DNA of 64,000 nucleotides from the human T2T-CHM13v2.0 reference genome, Homo sapiens. Under the pieces are notes generated by a model, which did not search any database, had not been told where the DNA came from, and saw only the letters and a list, made by a program, of their open reading frames with translations. How positions within the stretch are numbered: position 1 is the first letter of the stretch; each line of letters starts with the position of its first letter. Of this stretch, positions 48,084 through 60,824 are shown piece by piece. The translations under genes were made by a program, and so were the position numbers. The DNA lies in the NCBI RefSeq assembly GCF_009914755.1, contig NC_060925.1. One strand, 5' to 3'.

Positions 48084-48193
48084 TTACTCTAATTCCAAAA
48101 TCAGACAAGGTCACAACAATTTACTCTAATTCCAAAATCAGACAAGGTCACAACAATTTACTCTAATTCCAAAATCAGACAAGGTCACAACAA
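48084..48193 (+). repeat. 37-bp unit x3 perfect tandem repeat
   Basis: ttactctaattccaaaatcagacaaggtcacaacaa(t) at 48084, 48121 and 48158. Confidence 0.95.
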
Positions 48194-48297
48194 AAAAAGA
48201 AAACTACAGGCCTGTATCTCTGATGAACATAGATGCAAAATTCCCAAAATGATACTAGCAAATCAAACTTAGCAACCTATTCAAAATATCATTCACT

Positions 48298-48406
48298 GGC
48301 ATGAAACCAGGAGGCGGAGCTTACAGTGAGCCGAGATAGTGCCACTGCACTCCAGCCTGGGTGACAGAGTGAGACTCCATCTCAAAAAATAAAAATAAAA
48401 AAAAAA
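48298..48406 (+). mobile_element. 5'-truncated AluY
   Basis: ggaggcggagctt...gagactccatctc plus A-tail; TSD atcattcact. Confidence 0.85.
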
Positions 48407-49363
48407 TCATTCACTATGATCAAGTGGAATTCATTCCAGGAATGCAAGGATGGTTGAACATCCACAAATCAATAACTTTGATATACCACATTAACTGAAA
48501 GAAAGACAAAACCCGTATAGTTATTTCTAGAGATGCAGAAAATTCATTTGACAAAACTCAACATTCCTTCATGATAAAAACTCTCAATGAATTATATATA
48601 AAAGGAATATACCTCAGCACAAAAAAAGGCCATATATGACAAATCCACAGCTAACGTCATACTGAATGGGGAAAAGCTGAAAGCTTTCCCTCTAAGATCA
48701 GGAAAAAGACAGGGATGCCCACTTTTTACCACTTCTATGTAACGTAATGTTGAAGGACAACATAGTCCTAGCCAGAGCAATTAGACAAGAGAAAGAAATA
48801 AAAGGCATCCAAATTAAAAAGGAGAAAGTCAAATTTCCCTGTTTGCAGACGACATGATCTTATATATAGAAAATCCTAAAGATGCTACCAAAAAAAACCT
48901 ATTAGAACTGATAAATTCAGTAAACTTGCAAGGTAAAAATAATCAACTGCATTTCTATATAGTAATAGTGAAGTATCTGAAAAAGAAATCCAGAAAACAG
49001 TTTCATTTACAATAATATAAAAAAAGGAAGATACCTAGGAATGAACTTAACTAAGGCAATGAAAAATCCTTGAGATACTGGTGAAAGAATTGAAGAACAC
49101 ACAAATAATTGGAAAGATATCTTGTGTTCATGGATTGAAATAATTAATATTGTTAAAATGGCCATACTACCCAAAGTTATCTACAGATTTATTGTAATCC
49201 CTGTACAAGTGCCAGTGACATTCTTTACAGAAATAGGAAAAAAAAAAAATCCTAGAATTCTTTTGAAACTACAAAAGACCCTGAATAACCAAAGCAATCC
49301 TGAGCAAAAACAACAAAGCTAGAGGCACCATGCTAACTGACTTCAAAATATACTACAAAGCTA

Positions 49364-49483
49364 GGCCAGGCAAGGTGGCTCTCGCCTGTAATTCCAGCAC
49401 TTTAGGAGGCCAAGGCTGGGGGATCACTTGAGCCCAGGAGTTTAAGGCCAGCCTGGGCAACATAGCAAGACCCCATCTCATTT

Positions 49484-49537
<54 letters not shown>

Positions 49538-49790
49538 AAATGTATTTTATATATGTGCGTGTGTATATATGTATACATAGTGTATATATATTTTATATGT
49601 GTGTATGTATATATATACATACATGTATATGTATACATATATACATATATACATACATGTATATGTATACATATATACATATATACACACACATATAAAA
49701 TGTATATATATATACACACACACATAAAATATATATATACACACACACATATAAAATATATATATATACACACACACACACACACGCACC
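49364..49790 (+). mobile_element. Alu monomer (FLAM_C-like) with ~300-bp (TA)/(TG)/(CA) compound tail
   Basis: Monomer 49364-49480, microsatellite 49483-49790; acaaagcta at 49355 and 49791. Confidence 0.85.
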
Positions 49791-50006
49791 ACAAAGCTAT
49801 AGTAACCAAAACAACATGGTACTGGCATAAAAATGGACATATAAACCAGGGGAACAGAATAGAGATTCCAGAAAACATTCATGCACTATAGCCAGCTAAT
49901 CTTCAATAAACAATGCTAGGGAAATTGGATATTCACATGCAGAAGAATAAGGTGTGGAGGTGTACATGCAGAAGAATAAGGTGTATAAGGTGTGGAGGAG
50001 ACTAGG

Positions 50007-51190
50007 CCTCCACACCTTATACAAAAATTAACGCAAGATGGATTAAAGACTTAAACGTAAGACCTAAACCCATAAAAACCCTAGAAGAAAACCTAGGCAA
50101 CACCATTCAGGACATAGGCATGGGCAAAGACTTCATGACTAAAACACCAAAAGTTATTGCAACAAAAGCGAAAATTGACCAATGGGATCTAATTAAACAA
50201 AAGAGCTTCTGCTCAGCAAAAGAAACTATCATCAGAGTGAACAGGCAACCTACCGAATGGGAGAAAATTTTTGCAATCTATCCATCTGACAAAGGGCTAA
50301 TATCCAGAATTTACAAAGAACTTAAACAAATTTACAAGAAAAAAACAACCCCATCAAAAAGTGGGCGAAGGATATGAACAGACACTTCTCAAAAGAAGAC
50401 ATTTATACAGCCAACAAACATATGAAAAAAAGCTCATCCTCACTGGCCATTAGAGAGATGTAAATCAAAACCACAATGAGATACCATCTCATGCCAGTTA
50501 GAATGGCGATAATTAAAAAGTCAGGAAACAACAAATGATGGAGAGGATGTGGAGAAATAGGAACACTTTTACACTGTTGGTGGGAGTGTACATTAGTTCA
50601 ACCATTGTGGAAGACAGTATGGCGATTCCTCAAGGATCTAGAACCAGATATACCATTTGACCCAGCAATCCTATTATTGTGTATATACCCAAAGGATTAT
50701 AAATGATTCTACTATAAAGACACATGCACACGTATGTTTATTGTGGCACTGTTCACAATAGCAAAGACTTGGAACCAACCCAAATGCCCATCGATGATAG
50801 ACTGGATAAAGAAAATGTGACACATATACACCATGGAACACTATGCAGCCATAAAAAAGAATGAGTTCATGTCCTTTGCAGGGACATGGATGAAGCTGGA
50901 AACCATCATTCTCAGCAAACTAGCACAAGAACAGAAAACCAAACACCGCATCTTCTCACACATAAGTGGGAGCTGAACAATGAAAACACGTGGACACAGG
51001 GAGGGGAACATCACACCCTGGGACCTGATGGGGGGTGGGGACTGGGGAGGTATAGCATTAGGAGAAATACCTAATATAGATGACAGGTTGATGAGTGCAG
51101 CAAACCACCATGGCACATGTATGCCTACGTAACAAACCTGCACGTTCTGCACATACATCCCAGAACTTATAATACAAAAATTTTAAAAAA
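50007..51190 (+). mobile_element. L1PA7-like 3' fragment
   Basis: ORF 50120-50377; 3'UTR agatgacaggttgatg...aaaccaccatgg...gttctgcaca...cccagaactt; A-rich end. Confidence 0.85.
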
Positions 51191-51334
51191 TAATGAAAAG
51201 AAATTTCAAAGCCTGTCTTCATGTAGAATCCCTTCTTTTCCTAAATGTTTTGATTGATGTCTAGAACCTTCGTTAGTGAGTTAATCATGGTAACCAATAT
51301 TGCATATCTCAGTTCATGTAGGTATAGGCTGGAA

Positions 51335-51995
51335 TTGTTGTTGTTGTTTGTTATTTATCATATTTTTGATTCAGGGAATACATGTGCAGGTTTGTTAGAT
51401 GGATGCACAATGGTGAGGTTTGGATTTCTATTGAACCCATTACCCAAATAGTGAATATTGTACCCAATAGGCAATTTTTCAACCCTCAGTCCCCTCCCAC
51501 CATACCCACTTTTGGAGCATCCAGTTAGACTTATTTCCATCTTTATGTCCATGTGTTCCCTTCATTTAGCTACCATTTATAAGTGAGAACATTTGATTTT
51601 CTATTTCTGGGTTATTTCACTAAGAATAATTGTCTCCAGCTCCATCCTTTTTGTTGCAAAAGACACGATTTTATTCTTTCTTAATGGCTACGTAGTATTC
51701 CATGGTATATATGTACCCCATTTTCTTTATCCAGTAAACCATTGATGTATACTTAGGTTGATTCCATGAATTTACTATTGTGAGTAGTGCTGTGATAAAC
51801 ATATGAATGCAGGTAACTTTTTGATAAAACAATTTCTTTTCCTTTGGATAGTTACACAGTAGTTGGATTGCTGAATTGAATGGTAGTTCTGTTTTTAGCT
51901 CTTTGAGAAATCTCCGTACTGTTTTTCCATAGGGATTGAACTAAATTTACATGCCTACCAACAATGTATAAATGTTTCATTTTCTCTATATCCTT
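51335..51995 (-). mobile_element. L1PB-type 3' end
   Basis: Antisense 3'UTR (gaatattgtacccaataggcaatttttcaaccctc). Confidence 0.75.
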
Positions 51996-53015
51996 GATAG
52001 ACTGGAATTTTTAGAGGAGCAGATTTAACATATCTATTTCCTCTCATTAAATAGCATTTCTACAGTATTTCTTAGTTTAAGGCAGTGAGATCAACATTGT
52101 TAGGTGATTACCATTACTAAGTTTAATACCTACACCATTACTTTCTAATGGTGGGGCCAGTAGAAATAATTTTTCAAATGAGAAGTTATGTTGAAATCTA
52201 AAAATATGAATATGATGTAATCAGTATGGGTTGGGGACCAAAGTCTAGCCCATTGGTCTCTCTCTGGTCTTGGAGGCACTCTGATTCACTTCATGAAACT
52301 AGAGAGTTCCATGAAATATGCATTGAAAATCACCACGCTCACTCACTGGTGTTCACTTTAAAAAGGTGGAGCCTCGTCTAAAATGCATGCATCCACATTT
52401 TCTTAACCAACTCTTTCTTTACAAAACAAATACTTCTGAAATATATTCTTTATTTCGTGTCACTCAAATAATCCCCTGGCCTCACCTGTCTATGGTTATA
52501 AATGAGGTCATATAAATGGTTCAGCACAGCTTACTGACCTTGTAACCCTCACTTGTGGGACAGCAAGACCCCAGTCCCACTTTTGAGGTATTCTTACTGC
52601 TGGTATTTCCCAGGGAGTCTCTAGGATGTTTCTTGCTTGTGTCCCCCTCACCAGTTGTGATGACTCAGACACATTGCCTATGAGCATGAAGTGGTTCTGT
52701 TGCTCCAGAGAGCTCTCTGTGGTTCTCTCTGTGGGCCACTGCTCCCTGAGGTCACTGCAGACACACCATACTTGCCTCTGAGTGCTGCTGTCTCCTTTGC
52801 CCAAGAGTGGACATGGACACTTTCTTTAATACCCCATAGCACAACCAATAACTGTGTTATTGGTTATTGGTTATTGGTTATAGGTTATAACAGCTAATAT
52901 CACTTTTTTGGTACAGCCTCAGGTATCACCAAAAGGAAGCATATACCAAAATTATCCTTCAGCTGGCAACTACATATCCTTATGGGCTTTTCTCTAGGCC
53001 ACATTTTTGCCCAAC

Positions 53016-53422
53016 TGTTGCAGAAAATACTTTCCCCCCAATATTTATCCTCTCCTTTAGTTACAGAAAAACAATTTTATTCAAGATGGTGATGAACCAG
53101 CCTATAAGGATGTCTTTCCCAGCCTCTCTTACAGCTAGATATGGTCACAAGACTAAGTTCTGGCTAATACAACAGAAAAAACTGGGAGATGCCTCCTTTT
53201 TGTCTTTTCTGCTGCCCAAAAAAGGACGTGATGACAGAGGTTACAGCAGCCTTCCTGGAACATGAGATGGTCTTAAAGCTGGAAATAGCTGCCAAGGATG
53301 GCAGAGCGAGAGGAGATGAAGTTCCTGATTACCTAGTGAAGCTACCACAGTATCCCTGGACTTTTTTGTTTAGGTCACTGTTATTTTGGGGTTTCTGTAA
53401 TCTGTAGGCAAACCTAATCATG
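53016..53422 (+). mobile_element. MLT1 (H/I/J-like) LTR
   Basis: tttcccagcctctcttacagctagatatggtcac, aaggatggcagagc, cactgttattttgggg. Confidence 0.7.
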
Positions 53423-53705
53423 GCACCGTAGCTATGAGCCTGCCTCCTCCCCTTGTTCCATATGGCAGAGTTCAGCTTCTCTCCACCACATGGGAAAGGC
53501 CTTTAGCATGTCTGGATTCCTCAGAGCCTCTTCACAAGAGAACTGGGGCCCAGAGAGAAGTAATTCTTTCCTTACCCACAGTCTAAGGCATAGCTGCCAA
53601 CTTTTCATCTCCTGACCCAGAAGCTGCCTCTTGTCCAGGATAATTGAGAGTTATAGTGATTATTCCCTCCAACCCTACTCTATTCCCACAGGGGAATGGC
53701 CTCAC

Positions 53706-55303
53706 CTAATGCTGCCAGTAATAAGCATATCAGGATCAAGTTACAGCCACAGTTCAGTTCCTTCATTTGAAAAATGGAGAAAATTTAAAATAAACATAAA
53801 CCAAGAATGGTTTTTTAAATATGCTGTTATGTATTAGTTTTGGAATCCCTACCAGAGTGTTTCTTAAATTAATTTTTGGTTCATTTTACCCATATGTGCA
53901 TTTTCTCATATACACAGCAACACATGGATGTGAATCCAGAAATGCACACACAGACTTGTGCATGATTACATATACATACAAATGTAGATTTTTATATATG
54001 CGCCCACATCAATTTGCACACCCTTGAGCATATACTCTGGCAAGTTAATTTGCAAGCCCAAATAAATATGGACTAAGAATTAGTGAATATGAAATAAAAG
54101 GAATGGACTAGATGTAGCAGGTGAAGAGACTGGGCAGTTACATTACAAGCAAGCAAAGTCACCCCCATGGTACTCATTTTCAATGGCATAGCAATAATGT
54201 GACTTTTTAATATTCTCCAGAGATGGGCTCAGTGAGAGGCTGATTAGGGACATAGGACCATCCAATGTGCAGCATAGTGCTCACAGTGCTGCTGTTAAGC
54301 TGGTCTGTGTCCACGTGGCCATCTCACTTGTCCCTTCTTGATAGAACTATCAGGAGCTACCACAAACTCCTTGACAGTCAGTAGCAGGGAACTGCAATCT
54401 TCTTTCTCAGACTTACCATAGACACCCAGTGAAACTTGAAATATGACTGAATGATCAATGTACTCTGCACAGACTCCTCCCTAAAAGGCTGTCTGCCCCT
54501 TATTGGTTATGCACATGGAAGCAAAATAGCCACTTGAATACAGCAAAGTGCCAGATCAGGGAGATAGACAGTGGGAAAGGGGAGCTTAAGTTGAGATAAA
54601 AGCCTTTCTGGTGACCTCTAACCCCCTGGTCTGGCAGCTGGTTTCAGCTTATAATTGCTGAGAAGGTAAAGGTGTTCTAGGATAGTATCCAAGAAACAAG
54701 ACATCAGTTGCTTCCCTGGAGATGCCTCTCTATAGATAGAGACAGACAGGCCAACTAAGACTTTTGTTTGAGTATCTGTTCACTTTATTTTTCTTTTCGT
54801 ATTTTCTCCTTTGTCTTCCTACTTATATCCTCAACTACTCTGCTCCTCTACTGGTGTTTGAACTCATCAAATTCAGTACTTGTATGTGTTAACCACAGTC
54901 CAGGCCTGCTGTCATGTCGCCAAATTACACACATTTAGGTCTTTTCATCTTTCTTTATAAACCAGTCTCTCCAGTCCATTTAATCATTTTGGCAGTTCTT
55001 TTCTGAATTCCACCTAATTTAAAAATAAGCTAAATTCTCCACCCTGCGGATTTAAAAGCAGTCTGTTGCAAACCCATACAGAGCTCCAGCCTTGGGTTTG
55101 ATGCTTATAGAGGAAAGATATCCTCATGCTTTTAAATTCTCAATTCCAAGTTTTTCCAAGAAGTGACAGACTGTAAAAGGCCAGAGAAGGTAGTTAAAGG
55201 GAAAAGGACTTGGCTGGCCAGAGCGGAAGGCCATTTTGATGGTGCTGGGGTTTGCTTTTAAATTTTCTTATTGGTTGATCTACGTAGATGATAGTCGCAC
55301 CTC
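53706..55303 (-). pseudogene. Candidate decayed coding exons, middle cluster
   Basis: Blocks 55303(or 55170)-55080, 54480-54417, 54336-54163, 53766-53706; junction phases 0, 1, 1 all match; donors gtatgg, gtaagt, gtgact, gtgagg; last acceptor reads caa. Confidence 0.48.
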
Positions 55304-55329
55304 CTGCAGAATTTCAGATGCAAAAATAT

Positions 55330-55702
55330 ATACAAGGAACAAACTATTCCTTCTATTCCTGTCACCCAGCCTATCCAACACTGCAGAGGCAACCATTATT
55401 ACTTATTTATATGTGTATCATACCAGAAATATTTTGTTCATTTACAACCAAATAGGTATTTATATCTGTGTGTGAATGTGACTTTCTCCACCTCCATTTC
55501 CATACAAACGATGGTATACTCTATGTGTTGCTTTCCTCCTTGCTTTTTCTCCTAGCAGTATATTTTGGAGACTTGGAGGTTGGTCCATATCCTGACATAA
55601 AAAATAGCTCCTTTAGTATACTTTATGGCTACATAGCATCTATAATATAATTATACTATAATTTTACAGTCCACATTAATGGACATTTTGATCCTTTCAA
55701 AT

Positions 55703-55745
<43 letters not shown>

Positions 55746-57370
55746 CCTTAACCCACTAGAGCAGTCCTGGGCTGCTTCTTACACCTGTGGATGTTTTTAT
55801 GAGTTCTAGGAAGATCTCAGCCATTTCTTTCTACTTTCCCTTTTCCTTATGGGACTCACAGTTAACATCTTGTCAAACTTTTCAATATATTCTCTATGCC
55901 TGCTATCATCTCTTGTGTATTTTTTCTCCATCTATATTTCTAGATAGTCTGCAGAGTAGGTAGACAGGAGGAAGTAGATGTGTGTGTGTGTGTGTATATA
56001 TATATAGTATATATAAATGCACATTTGCATACATAAAACCCATATATCTTATATATAAATATATAGTACATTTTTATATATTTATGTAATTTTAAGAGAC
56101 TGAAGGAAATACAGTGAAACAAGTTAAGTCTTTTCCTACTTGGTTCATCAGAATTAACCACTGGTATTATGGGTCCATTTTCCTGCTTCATTGCATACTT
56201 GGTAACTTTTTAGTGGATACCAGATCCTGTAAATTTTACCTTGTTGGATGTTTATTATTTTTGTAATCTTGTAAATATTCTTGATTTTTTTTCTGGTTCA
56301 TTTTAGTCTTGTTTTTAAGCTGTTAGGCAAGACCAGATAAGCATTTAGTAGGGATATTTTCCCCCCATGAATGAGGCAAAACTCTTATGAGTACTTTACA
56401 TGACGCCTTGTGAGTTTTGAGGTGTTTCACTCTGGTTGATGGGAACAGGAACTATTTCCAGTCCATTGTGAGACACTGTTCTCTTTAGTCCTTTCAGATG
56501 GTTGTTTCCCAGCATCTAGGTCCTCTGCTAGTTTACTCACACACATTTGCTGAGTAGTACTGAGTTGAATACTGCAAGGGGATCCTCTGAAGATCTCCAG
56601 GGTTCTCTTTCTGGACTGCAGTTTTCTCTGGTACTCTGCCCTGTGAGCTTCAGCTGCCTTGGCCCTCCTGGACTCCAGCTCCAGCTCCATCTCCTCAATT
56701 TCTTGAGATCATTGGGCTCTAGCTGGTTCCCCCTTCCCTATGCTGTGGCCTCAAAACTCTTTCCAGGCAGTGAGCTGGGGCAATAATAGGGTTCATATAG
56801 TTTGTTTCGTGTCTCTCAAGGATCATTGTCATTTGTTGCCTGTTGTCTAATGTTTTAAAATCATTGTATTTTTGTCTTTTTTCTTAGTTGTTTCAGACAG
56901 GAAGGTAAATATGGTCCCTGTTACTCCTCATGCCTTCTTCAAAATCTTTTATTTTTTAAATTTATATCTTTAATCCATCTGGAATTTATTTTTGATGAGA
57001 TAAATACAGTTTTAATATTTTTTCCAGTGGTCAGCCAGTTGTCCAACGTCATATTTTGAATTCTTCCCTTCCTTCCTTACCCAGTCTGAAATGGCACCTT
57101 TGTCATAAACCGAACCTTCATAGAATTTGAATCTATTTCTGAACTCTTTATTCTATTCCATGGATTTTCCACTTTTTGTCTAATGTCAAACTTTTTTACT
57201 TATTGGAGTTCCAAAATATATTGCATTGTCTAGTAAGGCTAACTGTCTCTCATTTTTTATTTTTAAGATTTCTGAGTTTTCTCACATGTTATTTTTCTGC
57301 ATGAACTGCAAGTTCCTTCTTGAATATTGGAAATACTATTTATTGGAATTGCATTAAATGTATAGGACAT
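55330..57370 (-). mobile_element. Old L1ME/L1MC fragments with (TA)/(TG) microsatellites
   Basis: Degenerate antisense L1 motifs; microsatellites at 55703-55745 and 55978-56016. Confidence 0.6.
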
Positions 57371-58084
57371 AGATAAATTTGAAGGTGGCAAAAAGAAGGT
57401 TGGGATAATACAAGTTCAATCACTTCAATTTTCATAGTGAAGTAGGAGGCAAAGACCCAAAGCTGGGAGCAAGTAAAATAGAGGTGAGATGCATACTAGA
57501 GGTAAATGATGAATGTTCCAGGGTATCATATGTGCTCTAGTGAGTGAAGTTATTGGATCTCAGATAGGAATTGCTCTTCAGGGTATGCAAAACATTGGCC
57601 AAATATCACAGGACTAAAAATGAAGAGATGTCACCATTTGTGCTTTGATGTTTCCTTTCTCTAAAAATATAAAACATGCTACAAATGGGTCCCAAAATTA
57701 GTATTTGTTTTACCAAACTGTGGCCCTCCCAAACAGATCTCTTGTCATCCAATTTCTTTGAAAATACCTGCTCCATGGTTCACTGTTATATCTCCAGTCC
57801 CAAACATCTTGCCTGCCCATAGTTGTCACTGAATAAATGATGATGGAATGAATGGATGAATTTCTGAATGGCTTCCTTAGAATTCTGCTTAAGATACTAT
57901 GTTGTTATCTCTGCCCGTCTTTCTTCAAATTCAAGGCAGCCAAAAATTTAGCCAGCTGAAAATTCAAATGGACAATTCACCAATTACTTGGAAATGTAGA
58001 ATGTATGGTAGATTTCTTCTGCTTTGCAAACTAGTGCAATGTCTTAAACTATTTTTGAGAAAATGTTTCGTTCAATATTAGCCT

Positions 58085-58329
58085 TTTTTTTTTTTGGAGA
58101 CAGAATTTCACTCTTGTTGCTGTGGCTGGAGAGCGATTCTCCTGCCTCAGCCTCCCAAATAGCTGGGATTACAGGCATGTGCCACCATGCTTGGCTAATT
58201 TTGCTTTTTTAGTAGAGATGGGGTTTCTCCATGTTGGTCAGTCTGGTCTCAAACTCCTGACCTCAGGTGATCTGCCCACCTCAGCCTCCCAAACGGCTGG
58301 GATTACAGGCATGAGCCACCGTGACTGGC
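58085..58329 (-). mobile_element. AluS (Sp-like) with right-arm deletion
   Basis: ggctggaga joined to gcgattctcc; TSD tattagc. Confidence 0.85.
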
Positions 58330-58499
58330 TATTAGCTTTCTTAGACTTTCTTTCCAAACAACCTAAGTTATTATTCATGTAAGTAGGCCCATGGGAGAAC
58401 TAAAATCAAAAAGAGCTTAAGGCAAAAGTGAGCTGATTTCATTCAACATTCATCTCAATAATAGAGTTAAAAAATGGAAGAAGTTCAAATTCTATTAAC

Positions 58500-59426
58500 G
58501 TGATTCTGCATTTGGCCCTAAGTGAACTGCACACTCCGCTATTTGAATCAGCCAATGGTTGCGAAAAAGAAGACTCTTAGTTAGGTAAAATTTTCCAATA
58601 GTTATCTGATAAATTAGATGTAAACAAGCATATGGTTTAAATTGGTACAATTCCTTTACTTTAAAATATCTCAAGGTGATTTCTAATGGAGAAAAGCAGA
58701 GTGCTCTCTTTTCAGAGACCAAGTTTATTCTTATTCCGATAGGAAGACATATTTTAAGCATTCAAGACAGTCTTCATGCAAGATTCCACTATTAAACAGG
58801 AAAAGGAGAATTTTAAAAATTAAGAATTCACTTAAACATTTTAGATATTGGCCTGATGAGACCTTTTGTAAACCATTTAGATTCACTTGAAGCCTGCTTC
58901 CTCCTTTTAAAACTTATTTTATGTTACTTTATTTTAAGGGAAGCAAGGCTTGAAATGCTTTAACACCCCCTCAGAGACTGTTTTGCTATTACATAGCCCA
59001 TAAAAAGCAATGTTTGGATGATTTAAGGGGAAATGAATCAGAAATTTAAAGATTCAGTTTTCCTTGTATAACTCAAGTTGGTTTTTTTCTCCCCCTCCAG
59101 ATTCAATAGAAATGGCCCTTAGGGTAAAACACATCTTGGATTTTATTAAAACAAAAAATATTATCTATGAACATGGAGATAGTAATGTCTATTATAAAAT
59201 GTTTTTATTTTAAAACATTTAGACACTAAATCTTACATTTTTCCATGGATTCACAAGGGATTTAACATTTTTCCCAATTTCTGCAGAAGGAACAATTTTC
59301 TTGCATCGAATCTGGTCAAATAAATTCTGTGTTTCAGAGCTGGGTGGAAATGTGATCTCAGCTCCCCAGGGGATGTTTTCATGAGGTTTCTCTCAAAAGC
59401 TATTTTAGGCTTCTCAGTTACACACC
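58500..59426 (-). pseudogene. Candidate decayed coding exons, 5' cluster
   Basis: 58682-58500 is a stop-free 183-nt phase 1-1 block after acceptor gcttttctccattag; further blocks ~58905-58755, 59164-58993, 59426-59255, spaced ~70-90 bp. Confidence 0.42.
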
Positions 59427-59944
59427 CTGAAGGGCTGATGATGGTGTAGTCTAGGGTATCTCTGGGACTGGTTAGCAATATTTTAAATATGGTTATTCCT
59501 CATAGATTCAATATTTATTTCTTCTAACATTTAAAATAAGATTTTCATTTAGGCATGGAACTTGTGTGATACAAGCATTTCTAAATGGGTTAATAAGTGG
59601 CTTCACCCTCCACTGATATAAAGGAAAAGGGAGTCAACAAATTGCTTTTCTCTCCTCACTCTCCCCTACTGACTGAAACAGGAAAATTCTATCATGTTTC
59701 TGGGCTGCAGGCTCCTCATCTGTAAATGAGAGTGTTTAATCTCTGGGATCCCTCCCACAGCTGATGGGCAGTGTTGGCACATAGTAATTATTTGTGAAGT
59801 GGTAACATTTGTTTTTATTGATGACCTCGCTTCATGGTGAGTATTGGAATATCTTAGTTTTAAATTCCTCTGGGATATCCCATACTCATATCATTTGGCT
59901 AATTATTAATAATCTTTGTAAAAATATATGTACATATCTTCCAG

Positions 59945-60105
59945 ATAGCAGCATGGCATGGTAGGAAGAACCTAGACTTTGACTCAAAGGTCTTGCACTT
60001 AAGTCTTGCCTCATTACTTATTAGCTGTGTAATCTTAGGAAATTTTCTTCATTTTTAAAAAAGGTTCACTTTCTTCATCTGTAAAATGGAGATGAAGGTA
60101 ATACT
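59945..60105 (+). mobile_element. MIR
   Basis: gcagcatggcatggtaggaaga...cttattagctgtgtaatcttagg...ttcttcatctgtaaaatggagat. Confidence 0.82.
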
Positions 60106-60610
60106 ATTGGGCTTAGTTCTTCGTTGCACATAGTAGAATCTACTCTAGTTTAGGCAAAGAAAACAAATTATCAAAATATTAAGCAACTCACAGAATCTCC
60201 TGGAGGGCAAGAGAAGCAGACTTAGGAAGTATCAGGCCAGAAACAACATCAAATCACACTGTACGATCTGCTCCATTGAAAACGTCGTCACTGCCAATGC
60301 TTGGCAACAACTCTGCTTCTTGCAGAGACACTGTAGCTTGCATTGATAATGCTTGGAACTAGATGCCAGGAGCTCAGCCATTGAGCTCCTGTGGTCATGT
60401 TTACCTGGAATGGACGCCATGCATGTCTACCTCGTTGTAGCATTACCTTCCAAGCTGGGACTCACACGGATGCAAAGACTCATGCTCTGAGGTCAGCAGC
60501 AAGGGAGCCTGAAACAGTGAGTTCTGGCCCCACTTTGGGGAGTGACAGTGTGGAAAACTCTACAAACTCATAAAAGATGTTTAGAACATATTAGGCATTC
60601 TCAAACTACT
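60106..60610 (-). mobile_element. Old MLT1 LTR
   Basis: Antisense MLT-type terminus (gttgcacatagtagaatctactctag...caactcacagaatctcctggag). Confidence 0.5.
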
Positions 60611-60824
60611 CCACCCAGGTGAGAATCAACGCCCCAAGTAAGAACCCTTGCACTATGTGTATGGTAATTACTGCCTTTTAAAGCTTGTTTTACTATTTAA
60701 AGAAAAACAAGGTAGACGAAGCTTAAAAATAAAAATTGCTAGAAAATCTAGATAAATGTGCTATCTTTTTTATTTTGAATATATATTACATATATGATTA
60801 TAAAATTTGTATTATAAAAATTCA

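Larger units (their letters stand above)
47272..49950 (+). mobile_element. L1MA-type ORF2 fragment
   Basis: Degenerate sense ORF2 (gaaaactacaggcctgtatctctgatgaac, tttgcagacgacatg; ORF 49122-49322). Confidence 0.82.

Noticed and set aside
49493-49891. Overlapping Y/I/C/V-rich ORFs
   Set aside because: Translations of the (TA)/(TG)/(CA) microsatellite.
57495-58030. Two further minus-strand exon-like blocks
   Set aside because: One good acceptor (57661) but several stops and unclear boundaries.
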